Source: Vicinamibacterales bacterium
GTDB lineage: Bacteria > Acidobacteriota > Vicinamibacteria > Vicinamibacterales > UBA8438
Length of the DNA stretch: 64,000 nucleotides
Direction: 5' to 3'
Assembly: GCA_965237405.1 (NCBI GenBank)
Contig: OZ250139.1
Span: 1,562,820-1,626,819 of the forward strand
Positions 43,168 through 53,055 of this stretch are shown here, in pieces (positions within the stretch are counted from its first letter, which is position 1; each line of letters begins with the position of its first letter). The translations under genes were made by a program, and so were the position numbers. The notes beneath the pieces were generated by a model. That model saw only the letters and a program-made list of their open reading frames with translations, did not search any database and was not told the origin of the DNA.

Positions 43168-45132
43168 ATGCGAGGAGTCCGCAGGTTCCTGATATTGGGT
43201 CACGGTGGGTTGATAGTCATCGCCGTCGTAGCGAATACCGCCACGGCGCAACCAGCCCAGGTTGGGGAATGGCGTGCCTTTGGCGCCGACCCGAGCAACA
43301 CGAAATACTCACCGCTCGATCAGATCACGGTCACGAACTTCACCGACCTGGAAATCGCCTGGCGCTGGACCTCGATCTCGACCGAGGTGGCGACCCAGCA
43401 TGAGCGAATCGTCCCTGGTCTCTTCAAGGGCACGCCACTCATGGTGGGTCGGCTGGTCTATATCGCCACCGCACTGGGGCAGGTGGCGGCGCTCGACGCC
43501 GGCACGGGGAAGCAGGTCTGGGCCTACGACCCACGGGCCTACGACCGTCTCGAACGACCGGCCAACATTGGCTGGCAGCACCGCGGGGTCTCTTACTGGA
43601 GCGACGCCAGCAGCGATGACGCCCGCATCTTCATCGCGACCCATGATCTGCGCCTGATCGCCCTTGACGCCCGGACGGGTGATTTGAAGCCAGGCTTCGG
43701 CGACAACGGTATCGTCGACCTGAGCGGCACGCTTGGGCGTCCAATCGACCGCTCGCGCATCACCCACTCGACACCGGTTGCCGTCGTGCGCAACATAGTC
43801 GTTGTCGGCAGCACCCTAACAGATCAGACCACGACCCGGGAGGCGCCGCCGGGACACGTCCGCGGATTCGACGCGCGCACCGGTGCCATGAAATGGATCT
43901 TCCACACCATTCCCCAGGGCGACGACTTCGGCGTCGACTCTTGGCAAAACGAGTCGTGGCGCTACAGCGGGCACACCAACGTCTGGGGAACGATGGCCGT
44001 CGACGAGGAGCTCGGCTACGTCTACCTGCCAATCAGCACTCCCACGAATGACTGGTACGGCGGAATGCGCCCCGGTGACAACCTGTTCGCGGAGAGCATC
44101 GTGTGTGTCGACGCCGAGACCGGCCAGCGGGTCTGGCACTTCCAAGCGGTGCACCACGGGCTGTGGGACTACGACTTCCCAACCGCCGCGAATCTGCTCG
44201 ACATCACGGTCGACGGACGCGAAATCAAGGCGATCGCCCAGACCAGCAAACAGGCGTTCACCTACGTCTTCGACCGAACGACCGGTGAGCCGGTCTGGCC
44301 AATCGAAGAGCAACCAGTGCCCGCGGGAAACGTTCCGGGCGAATGGTACTCGCCCACGCAGCCGTTTCCAACGAAGCCGGCGCCATTCGATCTGCAGGGC
44401 ATCACGGTCAATGACTTGATCGACTTCACTCCCGAGCTTCGAGAAGCAGCACTCAGGATCGCAGAACGGGCACAGCTGGGTCCGATCTTCATGCCGCCCC
44501 AGGTTCGAGGACAAGGGAAACCGATCATCCAGTCGCCGGGACCGGGTGGCGGTGTGAACTGGCCCGGCGCCGCGGCCGACCCCGAGACTGGACGGCTGTT
44601 CGTACCTTCACAGACCAGACTACGGGCCGTGGAGCTCGTCAAATACCCACCGCCCGCCACGGTCGGCTACTTCACCGACCCCTGGGCAGTCCCCGTCCCT
44701 GGGCCGCGGGGGCTCCCGCTAGTCAAGCCGCCGTACAAGCGGATCACCGCCATTGACCTGAACTCTGGGGACCATGTCTGGATGAGCCCGCACGGGGATG
44801 GCCCAAGAAACCACCCGGCGTTACGTGAACTGAACCTACCGGCGCTCGGTGGCCACATTGGCAGACACGGTGGCGGCCCGCTCGTGACGAAGACCCTATT
44901 GATCGTCAATTCCGGCGGGCGGTACGTCACCGACCCGGCAGCCGGAGCACGCACCATCACCGCCTATCACAAGGAGAATGGTGAGTATCTCGGCTCGGTG
45001 ACACTGCCCGCAGTGCCGTCCGGCAACCCCATCACCTACCTGCACGAAGGCAGGCAGTACATCGCGGTGGCCGTTGGAGGCGGAGGTGGCAACGCCGTGC
45101 CAGAACTGATCGCCTTGGCCCTACCGGAGTAA
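43168..45132 (+). CDS. PQQ-dependent dehydrogenase, glucose/quinate dehydrogenase-like, soluble
   Basis: KYSPLDQI, PPGHVRGFDARTG, WHFQAVHHGLWDYD, SPTQPFP and PITY..GRQYIAV. Confidence 0.9.
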   Translation: MRGVRRFLILGHGGLIVIAVVANTATAQPAQVGEWRAFGADPSNTKYSPLDQITVTNFTDLEIAWRWTSISTEVATQHERIVPGLFKGTPLMVGRLVYIATALGQVAALDAGTGKQVWAYDPRAYDRLERPANIGWQHRGVSYWSDASSDDARIFIATHDLRLIALDARTGDLKPGFGDNGIVDLSGTLGRPIDRSRITHSTPVAVVRNIVVVGSTLTDQTTTREAPPGHVRGFDARTGAMKWIFHTIPQGDDFGVDSWQNESWRYSGHTNVWGTMAVDEELGYVYLPISTPTNDWYGGMRPGDNLFAESIVCVDAETGQRVWHFQAVHHGLWDYDFPTAANLLDITVDGREIKAIAQTSKQAFTYVFDRTTGEPVWPIEEQPVPAGNVPGEWYSPTQPFPTKPAPFDLQGITVNDLIDFTPELREAALRIAERAQLGPIFMPPQVRGQGKPIIQSPGPGGGVNWPGAAADPETGRLFVPSQTRLRAVELVKYPPPATVGYFTDPWAVPVPGPRGLPLVKPPYKRITAIDLNSGDHVWMSPHGDGPRNHPALRELNLPALGGHIGRHGGGPLVTKTLLIVNSGGRYVTDPAAGARTITAYHKENGEYLGSVTLPAVPSGNPITYLHEGRQYIAVAVGGGGGNAVPELIALALPE

Positions 45133-45315
45133 TCACGAAACTGTTAGGTTAATCAGCGAAGGGGAATGTCGTCGGCTTCCGAGAAATGATTCAAGCTAGC
45201 AAAACCCTGTGCTTCACGCTGGCACCTGGCGAGGTGGGTAGGACTATTCCCGAGTCGTGATGAAGGTTGCGAGAACCTCCATTACCTCCTCGTCAGGCGG
45301 ACGCGTGACAACCCC

Positions 45316-47418
45316 CTAGCGGGTCCGAACGCTAGTGACCACCTGACCCGTTGGCGAACCGGCTGCTGTTGTACTCTCGAACGTCAGTCTGACACGTCCG
45401 TCCGTAGTCTCGTAAGTCCATATAGTCAACGCTGGCACAGCCCCTGGCACCAACGCTTCCTGCTGCGGCGATCCAACCCTTTCACGTACCTGCTCCATAT
45501 TCAGCCCGACCAACGTGCCAGGATCAACGCCTTGGATAGACCCTGTCAATATGAAATTCACAGTCTCCGTCATGATGATGGGAACGGCAACGCCGTCAAG
45601 CATCGTCGGGGTGTAGACCCACTGGCGTGCGGCTTCAACCGCCGCCTGGTCGACGAGCGGGTCTACGGAACGCAACACCTTAACGTCAGTAACCCGACCG
45701 GTTGCACTGAGTTCCGTCTCGAGAATGACAATGCCCTGAATACTTGCATTACGCGCGCCCTCCGGATACGTCGGAGCTACATCCTGAGTTCTTGTTGGTC
45801 GGGGAATGTTGCCCGCGACACGGACTGGTTGAGGCATCACGAAGTTAACGGTCTCCGTCATGATGACGGGAACCGCAACTCCGTCAAGTACCGTCGGGGT
45901 GTAGACCCACTGGCGTGCGGCTTCGACCGCCGCCTGGTCGACGATCGGGTCTACGGAACGCAACACTTTAACGTCAGTAACCAGACCTGTTGCGCTGATC
46001 ACGGTCTCGAGAATGACAAGACCTTGGATACGTGCACCACGCGCGGCCTCCGGATACGTTGGAATCACGTCCGTGGTTCTTGTTGGTCGAACAACGTCGC
46101 CCCCAACCCGTACGGGGCCAGCCAGCCGAAATGTAGGTGGAGCCTCCTCCCTAGGTGACGCCGACCTTGCTGCCGGTTGAGACGCGGGCGGAGCCTCCTC
46201 CCTAGGCGACGCTGATCTGGCTACAGGCGGGGAGACAGGCGGAACTTCCTCCCTAGGCGACGCCGATCGCGATACCGGCTGGAAGACGGGTGGAGCCTCC
46301 TCCCTAGGCGAAGCCGGTCTCGCCACTTGGACAGAGTCACCGCGTGCGGGCGCGATAGCCGAAGCTCGTGCCTCTATTTCAGTAGTCGGCTCAGACGCGG
46401 GCTCCGGTCCTAGGGTTGAAATCGGCGGCTGTTCAAAGATTGTCAGAGGGAGAATAGGCTCCGCTCGTGAAACCAACTCACTGCTGGTGGCCTCCGGTGC
46501 TGCCCCCCTGCCCAAGAAGAATCCCAGCATTCCCACGACAATAGCCATCGCACCGACACCAAGGAGTAGCCGGATGTCCCAGAGGGCAGAGAACCGACGA
46601 CCCTCATTCGGGTGATCGTCAACTAAGGGCAGACTAGCGGCTCCACTGCCTTCCTTGGAAACCGCCCCAAAGTTGTCCGATCCTTTTGCTCTGTGTGTGT
46701 CTGTCACCTCTTCGGGCCTAGGCTGAGGAACAGCGACTCTAATGGTCGCTGTGGACTCTTCCGGCAACGTCGGAGGCGGACCTTTAGGCGATTTCGCTTC
46801 ACTGGTGGTCCGCAAGGCGTGCTTTAGTACGTCGGACTGAAGTGACATCGCTTCGACATGGGCAGGATGCTGCCCAAGTACCTGCTCGATTAACGTGGCC
46901 GCCTCGGTCAGCGCGCCTTCCGTCAGCCGCTGACGGGCCAGCGTAAGCGACTGGACGATCTGACGCTCCTGCTCAGCTTGATCCACCGTCTCCAGCAGTG
47001 ACACGACCTTTAGGTCGTCCGGACTGAGGACAACGGCTTGCTCGATCGCGGCCCTGGCCTGCGCGAGATCGTTGCCGGCAAGCGCCGACTCGGCTTCCTC
47101 CAAGTGCATCTTGATCTGCGTGTCTCGCCGCTCACGCAGCTCTCGGAGACGGTCGCTCTGAGGTGGTTTAGGGTTACCCTCCATAGACGGCGACCGACGG
47201 TGGATGGTCCCACTTCCCTTGTTTTCGTTCACGTCGGCTTCATCAGCACTCCGGGCCAATGCGCCGCCGATGCCCAAAGTAGTAAACCGCTCTCCCTCTT
47301 GGCTTTCGTCCGAGGCGGCTTCATCACCACTCTCGGCCGAGGCGCCACCGATGCCAAGGGTGGTAAACGCCTTCTTTTTTTCGTCTGACTTGGTCAGGTT
47401 GTCTCTCCCTCTAAACAC
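45316..47418 (-). CDS. TonB-family protein: TPR-like region, one TM helix, Pro-rich repeats and two tandem TonB C-terminal domains
   Basis: Two copies of PTYPExAR..IQG.VILE..G.VTDVKVLRSV..DQAAVEAARQWVYTP; TM segment LLLGVGAMAIVVGMLGFFL. Confidence 0.85.
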   Translation of the reverse strand: MFRGRDNLTKSDEKKKAFTTLGIGGASAESGDEAASDESQEGERFTTLGIGGALARSADEADVNENKGSGTIHRRSPSMEGNPKPPQSDRLRELRERRDTQIKMHLEEAESALAGNDLAQARAAIEQAVVLSPDDLKVVSLLETVDQAEQERQIVQSLTLARQRLTEGALTEAATLIEQVLGQHPAHVEAMSLQSDVLKHALRTTSEAKSPKGPPPTLPEESTATIRVAVPQPRPEEVTDTHRAKGSDNFGAVSKEGSGAASLPLVDDHPNEGRRFSALWDIRLLLGVGAMAIVVGMLGFFLGRGAAPEATSSELVSRAEPILPLTIFEQPPISTLGPEPASEPTTEIEARASAIAPARGDSVQVARPASPREEAPPVFQPVSRSASPREEVPPVSPPVARSASPREEAPPASQPAARSASPREEAPPTFRLAGPVRVGGDVVRPTRTTDVIPTYPEAARGARIQGLVILETVISATGLVTDVKVLRSVDPIVDQAAVEAARQWVYTPTVLDGVAVPVIMTETVNFVMPQPVRVAGNIPRPTRTQDVAPTYPEGARNASIQGIVILETELSATGRVTDVKVLRSVDPLVDQAAVEAARQWVYTPTMLDGVAVPIIMTETVNFILTGSIQGVDPGTLVGLNMEQVRERVGSPQQEALVPGAVPALTIWTYETTDGRVRLTFESTTAAGSPTGQVVTSVRTR
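45553..46118. repeat. Tandem duplication with 288-bp period encoding two TonB-C domains
   Basis: GTCTCCGTCATGATGA at 45563 and 45851 with long near-identical flanks. Confidence 0.9.
46139..46320. repeat. Four 51-bp tandem repeats (ASPREEAPP units)
   Basis: GGAGCCTCCTCCCTAGG-like motif at 46139, 46190, 46241 and 46292. Confidence 0.85.
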
Positions 47419-47838
47419 TCAATATTGAGCTTATTAACGTCAGTACGAGAATTATATGCTTGGTTTTGTCACCTGGGGCCACAAGTGCAACAGAAAGCCC
47501 AAAGCGTTTCATCCGACCGTCAGAGAGGACAACTCCCCGAAGCGATATCGTCGACCCATTCGTGAGCGACACCCAACGACCCCGGATGAAGGCCCGCATG
47601 CGGAGGTGGCGCTAGAGGACCAGTACCTCGAACCGGCGATATGCTTCGGTGGAACTATTTATTTCGGATTCTGGATCCACAGGAATCTTATCCATGCCAA
47701 CCCAGGCAACGTCGTGAGCTACACCACGATTGACCCATCGACACAGTTGGGGAGCGCACTACTCTGACAACGCACGTTGCATTGACCCTTAGTTACAAGG
47801 AGTCTGGTTGTCATGTAATCAAGGATTGTGGGCCTGAC

Positions 47839-49329
47839 CTACTCCTTGAGCCACTGCCGACGACGCGGCCACTTCGGCCCGTCCTCGAAGAACCGTACTC
47901 CACTTCCGATTCGATCGTAGTCACCAAGTTCCTTCCGAGCAGCATCAGCGAGCGCTCTTAGCCGGTCGATGACCTCTGGGTGTTGTTTCGCAACGTTTCG
48001 TTGTTCACCGATGTCGGTATCGAGATTGTAGAGCTCAAGCTCCTTTACCGGCTCGCGAATTTCCCCCAAGAACGCGCCAAAACGCGAGAGTAGCCACGGC
48101 GATTCGTGCTGCCCCGGGCGCGGAAAAACGAGTTTCCACGGACCGCTGCGAACGGCGTCGAGATGGGTTTCCTGGTAGTAGTAGAACGCCTCATGCGGAC
48201 TCGTCGCCCCGGGATCGCCGAGCATCAGAGACGAGATATCGCGGCCGTCAAGCGTACGGTCGGCGGGGAGGTCCGCGCCGGCCATCGCAATGAACGTGGG
48301 TAAGAGATCCATTGTCGTTGCGATTTCGCTCGTCTCGGTGCCAGCGGGTATGTACCCGGGACCCCACATGACGGTGGGGACACGGACGCCACCCTCCCAT
48401 GTTGTTCCTTTCGCGCTCCGCAAAGGGCCTGCCGAACCGGCACGTTCCGTTATCGACGGGTCGAATTGAGGCACTGACCCAGATCTCCACCCTGGCCAGT
48501 AATTGCTCCATGGTCCGTTGTCTGAGGTGTAGACAATGATTGTCTTCTGGTCGAGACCAAGCTCTCGGATGAGGTCGACAATTTCGCCCGTACTGGCATC
48601 GAGTTCTTCGATAACGTCGCCATAGAGACCCCGGTCTGAGCGTCCCCTAAATGGCTCGGTGGCACCAAGTGCTACGTGCGGCATGGTATGCGCAATATAG
48701 AGAAAGAAGGGATCGTCTTCGTGCCTTCGGATAAAGGCCAGTGCTTCGTCGGTGTATCGCCGGGTCAGGTCGTCAACATCCGCCGACTCTTCGATCTTGT
48801 CTTCATTACGATGCACCCAGTGAACCTGACCACTGTCATTTGCCCCAACGACGCCGAACCAATAATCAAAGCCACGCCGGACGGGGTTGAGCTCAGGCGT
48901 AAACCCCTCCAGGCGTTTCGTAATGTCGAGTTTGCCAATCATCCCCGTAGCGTAGCCGGCCTGCTGGAGGATCGCGGGCAGTAAAACCTCTTCTTTATGC
49001 ACGTACGGGAAACTATTCTTCGCGTTGCCGATCTCTCCAACGCGAATCGGATAGCTTCCGGTCAAGAGGGCTGTCCGAGACGGCCCACACTTGGGCTGAG
49101 CGTAGAAGTCGGTGAACCGAATTCCTTCGAGAGCCATTTGGTCAATTCGGGGAGTCGAAAAGTCCGTCGCGCCAAACACACCAAGGTCCCCGTACCCTTG
49201 GTCATCGGCGAAAACGATAATAAAGTTCGGTGGGATCGGTGCCACGTCAAGCGCCGTCGAAGAGCATCCCCAGGAACCGGATACCGCAACGACCAGTATC
49301 AATCGCGAGAGCATGGCTCGTAGTGTCAT
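47839..49329 (-). CDS. Sulfatase (formylglycine-dependent, arylsulfatase A-like)
   Basis: PNFIIVFADDQGYGD, CGPSRTALLTG (CxPxR), SDNGPW and EGGVRVP. Confidence 0.93.
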   Translation of the reverse strand: MTLRAMLSRLILVVAVSGSWGCSSTALDVAPIPPNFIIVFADDQGYGDLGVFGATDFSTPRIDQMALEGIRFTDFYAQPKCGPSRTALLTGSYPIRVGEIGNAKNSFPYVHKEEVLLPAILQQAGYATGMIGKLDITKRLEGFTPELNPVRRGFDYWFGVVGANDSGQVHWVHRNEDKIEESADVDDLTRRYTDEALAFIRRHEDDPFFLYIAHTMPHVALGATEPFRGRSDRGLYGDVIEELDASTGEIVDLIRELGLDQKTIIVYTSDNGPWSNYWPGWRSGSVPQFDPSITERAGSAGPLRSAKGTTWEGGVRVPTVMWGPGYIPAGTETSEIATTMDLLPTFIAMAGADLPADRTLDGRDISSLMLGDPGATSPHEAFYYYQETHLDAVRSGPWKLVFPRPGQHESPWLLSRFGAFLGEIREPVKELELYNLDTDIGEQRNVAKQHPEVIDRLRALADAARKELGDYDRIGSGVRFFEDGPKWPRRRQWLKE

Positions 49330-49534
49330 TGTCTCTTCTCAATTTACCCAGAAAGACCCTCGCTTCGGCTGCCACACTTCTTACAGTGGCGTCGGCGTGA
49401 GACGAGAACAACGGGTAGTGCAAGGGAATAGCCCCTTAGACTACGCACTAAGTGTCAGAAAAATGGAGGTGCCGCCAAAAAACCATCAAGTCCGGTTTCC
49501 AGGAAAGTCAGAACGGTTAGGCGCCGGCGAAAAT

Positions 49535-50395
49535 CTACCCTTGTGGTAACAAGAACTGCCATCCTTCGTCGAGTCGCCTCTGGTGAAGATCCCTTGCATA
49601 CGCAGCTCCGCACATGACTTTGTCTTGCGCCTTGCACGCCTCAAGGACCACCTGGTACATGGCCTCAACCTCCGGATGGGTCTGAATATCGCCAAAAGGC
49701 CCGAGCCCCATAGAGATACTTGTATCGCTGTGAACCATCAGGATCGCACTGATGGGCGCGGCGAGGATATCGTGGATGTTCTCGACGGCTTCAACCGATT
49801 CAATCATCGCCACCGCGAAAAGCTCCCCGGCAGGATTTAGGGGCCACACATCAGCCTTGCTGTGGTATTCGACGTCGTCCGCCAAGCGCCACAAACGGGT
49901 CGCTCTCCCAGGTCCCCAGCCCCGTTCACCTTTTGGCTCGGGGTACGCCGAGTCCAGAGTCTGCGGGTAACGCATGGCGCGCACAAACCTCCAAGCTTCT
50001 TCTCCAGTGTCGACGTGCGTGAGCGCGACGCCCAGAGTGCCCTGATCCAAGACCTGCTTGATGGCCCATCTGAAATCCTCGTCACCTTCCTGGGGAATGC
50101 GGACTACAGGCGTCACGCTGAGTCGGCCGTCCGGATCTCGGCTCTCTCCCATTTCAGCGAGCGTCGTTACCAACAGCTCCGCCGAGAACGGCGAATGCTC
50201 CATATCGATGAACCGCCATTCCTCGCCCGCGATCGCAGGCCGCCCTTCTTCGATCGCCTCGATAATCTTGTTTAGGCGGGGTCGCTCCTGCGGCGCCGGG
50301 CCACACGCGCTGAGGCTGGCCACAGCCAGAGCCACCCCGGCCACCAGTGTCACATGCGTCCACGCCATCAACCGTCGCAGTATTGAACCGTTCAT
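49535..50395 (-). CDS. HpcH/HpaI aldolase-family lipoprotein
   Basis: LSAC lipobox; FIDMEH, VVRIP and AMIES; shares WPLNPxGE with the 10933 gene; SD GGAGG before ATG 50395. Confidence 0.75.
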   Translation of the reverse strand: MNGSILRRLMAWTHVTLVAGVALAVASLSACGPAPQERPRLNKIIEAIEEGRPAIAGEEWRFIDMEHSPFSAELLVTTLAEMGESRDPDGRLSVTPVVRIPQEGDEDFRWAIKQVLDQGTLGVALTHVDTGEEAWRFVRAMRYPQTLDSAYPEPKGERGWGPGRATRLWRLADDVEYHSKADVWPLNPAGELFAVAMIESVEAVENIHDILAAPISAILMVHSDTSISMGLGPFGDIQTHPEVEAMYQVVLEACKAQDKVMCGAAYARDLHQRRLDEGWQFLLPQG

Positions 50396-50465
50396 CGGAC
50401 CTCCATAATCTCGTCGTTGTCCTCTGCCGATGTGACACAAAAAAACGTCACATAGCATACCGATT

Positions 50466-51386
50466 CTACTCTCCCGCGTTCGACGGCGCCATATAGCTCC
50501 GTTTGGCTCGAGCTGTCATACCTTCACGCACGACTCGGATATCAATTTCATGTATCCCACCATCACGATGCGACGCCGCGAAGGCCAGTACGTACTGGCT
50601 ATGCAACTCCTCTGACACCCGTTGGAACGTCTGAAGTAGTAAATCAGTTTTCTTGAGCAAAAAATACCCACCGCCCGTCTCTTCGGCCAGTCTCCGAAGG
50701 CGGCTATCCGGCCTTGTCCGTACCCTGCGAAAGCCGTCGAAATAATCTGCCTCTAGTCCGATCACGTAGATCATTACCTCATCTGCAATCGCACGCTTGA
50801 GCAAATCCCCCGGTCCCGCGTTAAAACTGCCGTGGTCCTGACCATCGGTCAGAACCAAGATAACCTTTCGCCCACCCACCTCCGCTAGCGCATCGAGGCC
50901 CACCGATATCCCGTCGAACAGGCGCGTGAACCACCCGTAAGTGAGCTGGGCGAGCGCGCGGTTCAGCCAATACACATCATCGATGAACACGGAAGGCATT
51001 AGGGAAACCGTGTCATGGAATGCCCCGATACGCGCGCGATCGCCAGGCAACATATATTTCAGGAAATTTTGGGCGCCAGCCACAATCAAAGACATGATGC
51101 CGCTCTTGGTCACGCTGACGCTTGTGTCAAGCATGATGACTACAGAAATCGGGCGAGTTTCCTTATCGAACAACACTAGTTCTTGCTTTCGCTCGTCGTC
51201 ATAGACGAGGAAGTCGCCTTCACCGAGGTCGCCAACGAGTCGGCCATTGTCGTCAGTCACCGTCACGTAGAGGTCGACCGTTTCGGTCCCACCCCGAAAG
51301 AGAGGCTGCTGGCCCGAAAGCGGTGCAATCTGCACCGTGCTCAAAAGCGCAAGTACGCCTGCGGACTGGATATCCTGCATGCGCAT
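50466..51386 (-). CDS. Secreted VWA domain protein
   Basis: DTSVS MIDAS motif, LTDGQD, LAEETGG and ELHSQYVL. Confidence 0.85.
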   Translation of the reverse strand: MRMQDIQSAGVLALLSTVQIAPLSGQQPLFRGGTETVDLYVTVTDDNGRLVGDLGEGDFLVYDDERKQELVLFDKETRPISVVIMLDTSVSVTKSGIMSLIVAGAQNFLKYMLPGDRARIGAFHDTVSLMPSVFIDDVYWLNRALAQLTYGWFTRLFDGISVGLDALAEVGGRKVILVLTDGQDHGSFNAGPGDLLKRAIADEVMIYVIGLEADYFDGFRRVRTRPDSRLRRLAEETGGGYFLLKKTDLLLQTFQRVSEELHSQYVLAFAASHRDGGIHEIDIRVVREGMTARAKRSYMAPSNAGE

Positions 51387-51491
51387 GCTACTAATCTATC
51401 ATTGTCGACAAGGATTTTCGAGTGACGGTGACCTACCGGGTAGCGCAAACGGACCGTTGCTTCAAACGATTACGCTAAGCACTTGAAAAAA

Positions 51492-51536
51492 TGGAGGCGG
51501 CGCCAGGATTTGAACCGGGGATGGATGTTTTGCAGT
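51492..51536 (-). repeat. att core: 3' half of tRNA-Cys(GCA), left island boundary
   Basis: Reverse complement ACTGCAAAACATCCATCCCCGGTTCAAATCCTGGCGCCGCCTCCA runs from the anticodon loop to CCA; 43 of 45 bases match 61185..61229; no 5' half present. Confidence 0.88.
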
Positions 51537-51641
51537 GCTCAGCACCGGCCGAAAACAAAGGGAAACTTGGGTGTTTTGTTGAGGTTCTCGCGTCCTAACT
51601 TGGTTGACGTTGGGCTGGTTTTGGCTGACAACGGCTCAGGG

Positions 51642-51663
51642 TTGGGCACAGTCTTGGGCACAG
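51642..51663 (+). promoter_or_regulatory. Putative integrase arm-type binding sites (TTGGGCACAG x2, 12-bp period)
   Basis: Direct repeat near the att core; related pairs at 61109..61130 and 61336..61356. Confidence 0.6.
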
Positions 51664-51670
51664 CACCCGC

Positions 51671-51696
51671 GTAACCCCCGTTCCCGTTGAACCGCC
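51671..51696 (+). repeat. Cassette-boundary element copy 1, with -35 TTGAAC (51687) and -10 TAGGCT (51710), 17-bp spacer
   Basis: GTAACCCCCGTTCCCGTTGAACCGCC, preceded by GCACCCGC. Confidence 0.85.
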
Positions 51697-51721
51697 CGCC
51701 GCCGCGCGCTAGGCTAGCGGT

Positions 51722-52255
51722 GTGTCTGAGGCACAGTCGATGAGTCGCATCGAAATCATCACTAACGACATTACGACACTGACGGTTGCTGCCATTGTGA
51801 ATGCCGCGAATGAAAGCTTGCTTGGTGGAGGTGGCGTCGATGGTGCCATTCATAGAGCTGCTGGACCAGCCTTGCTCGCTGAATGCCGAATGCTTGGTGG
51901 GTGTGCTACCGGAGCTGCGAAGATAACGGCTGGCTACGATCTCCCCGCGCGGCACGTGATTCATGCCGTCGGTCCACGTTGGCACGGTGGGACACGTGAC
52001 GAGTCTCGTTTACTAGCCGACTGCTATCGTCAGGCGCTTGAAATTGCGCGAACGCACAACCTGAAAACAGTGGCATTTCCGGCGATCAGTTGTGGAATTT
52101 ACGGCTATCCGGTGAAGGAGGCTGCCGGGATCGCGGTGCGAGAGGTGTCCCGGTTCTTGCGGCTGGAACCGAGCATTGAAAAGGTGTACCTCGTGTGTTT
52201 TGAGCCAAATGTTGAGGCCGCGTACCGCCAAGTACTTCAGTTGGCCGACTCGTAA
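51722..52255 (+). CDS. Macrodomain protein (O-acetyl-ADP-ribose deacetylase / ADP-ribosylhydrolase, YmdB-like)
   Basis: [33 protein letters not shown] and [13 protein letters not shown]; alternative start ATG 51740; stop TAA lies inside element copy 2. Confidence 0.95.
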   Translation: MSEAQSMSRIEIITNDITTLTVAAIVNAANESLLGGGGVDGAIHRAAGPALLAECRMLGGCATGAAKITAGYDLPARHVIHAVGPRWHGGTRDESRLLADCYRQALEIARTHNLKTVAFPAISCGIYGYPVKEAAGIAVREVSRFLRLEPSIEKVYLVCFEPNVEAAYRQVLQLADS

Positions 52256-52324
52256 CCCCCGTCGCCGTTGAACCGCCAGCCGCGCACTCGCGTGAGCCGT
52301 AACACCCGTCCCCATTGAACCGCC
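52252..52324 (+). repeat. Cassette-boundary element copies 2 and 3 back to back; copy 3 has -35 TTGAAC (52315) and -10 TAGGCT (52338), 17-bp spacer
   Basis: GTAACCCCCGTCGCCGTTGAACCGCC-A-GCCGCGCACTCGCGTGAGCC-GTAACACCCGTCCCCATTGAACCGCC. Confidence 0.85.
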
Positions 52325-52368
52325 CGCCGTCCCGCGGTAGGCTACACACCTCACCGGTCGCTGTCGGT

Positions 52369-52896
52369 ATGGACCAGGACATCCGTCACACCCGCAAACA
52401 GTGCCGACACATTCTGTGGCTACAACTCCATCTCCTGCTCGTCGCACTTCTGTGTCCGGAGTTGGTGTCTGGCCAGGTCGGCGACACCTTCTCTGGCGCG
52501 GTTATCCGTGTGGCCGATGGCGACACGATCTCGGTCCGGCGTGACGGTGCAACGGTGCGCATCAGACTCGACGGGATCGACACACCAGAATCCGACCAGC
52601 CGTTTGGGACACGTGCGAGTGCCTTTACGTCCGCGCAAGTTCTCAATAAGCGTGTCACTGTGCATGTGCGTGATGTAGACCGGTACGGACGGCTCGTCAG
52701 TCGGGTGCAAATCGATGACCAGGACCTCAGTGTGGCGTTGGTGACGGCGGGACTCGCGTGGCACTACACCCGGTATTCCGATGACCCCGTGTTGGCACGG
52801 GCGGAAGTGCAGGCTCGAACGACCAGAACAGGGCTTTGGAGTCAGCCGTCGCCGATGCCACCGTGGGAATTTCGACGACGTTCCCGTCCCCGTTGA
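52369..52896 (+). CDS. Thermonuclease (SNase) family protein, secreted
   Basis: VADGDTI, IRLDGIDTPE..QPFG, DRYGRLV, GLAW and GLWS..PPWEFR; start placed at ATG 52369. Confidence 0.93.
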   Translation: MDQDIRHTRKQCRHILWLQLHLLLVALLCPELVSGQVGDTFSGAVIRVADGDTISVRRDGATVRIRLDGIDTPESDQPFGTRASAFTSAQVLNKRVTVHVRDVDRYGRLVSRVQIDDQDLSVALVTAGLAWHYTRYSDDPVLARAEVQARTTRTGLWSQPSPMPPWEFRRRSRPR

Positions 52897-52898
52897 CC
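52883..52898 (+). repeat. Partial cassette-boundary element copy 4, overlapping the SNase stop codon
   Basis: CCCGTCCCCGTTGACC; its TGA is the stop of the SNase gene; followed by the inverted repeat ACTTTTGT...ACAAAAGT. Confidence 0.65.
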
Positions 52899-53055
52899 TG
52901 CTACTTTTGTACCGGGGGACAAAAGTCGGTAACAACCCCCGATCGCACCCTCAGTCTGCGAGTGGGAGGGTGCGTCCTCATCCTCGACGGGGTGCATCCA
53001 CCCGTCACGGTCAACCCCCTACACAACCCGTCGAAGGAGCCGTAAACTGATCGGC

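Noticed and set aside
52999-53045. Further degenerate element copies (CACCCGTCACGGTCAACC; GAGCCGTAA) upstream of Sel1
   Set aside because: Matches are too short and divergent to count without an alignment score.
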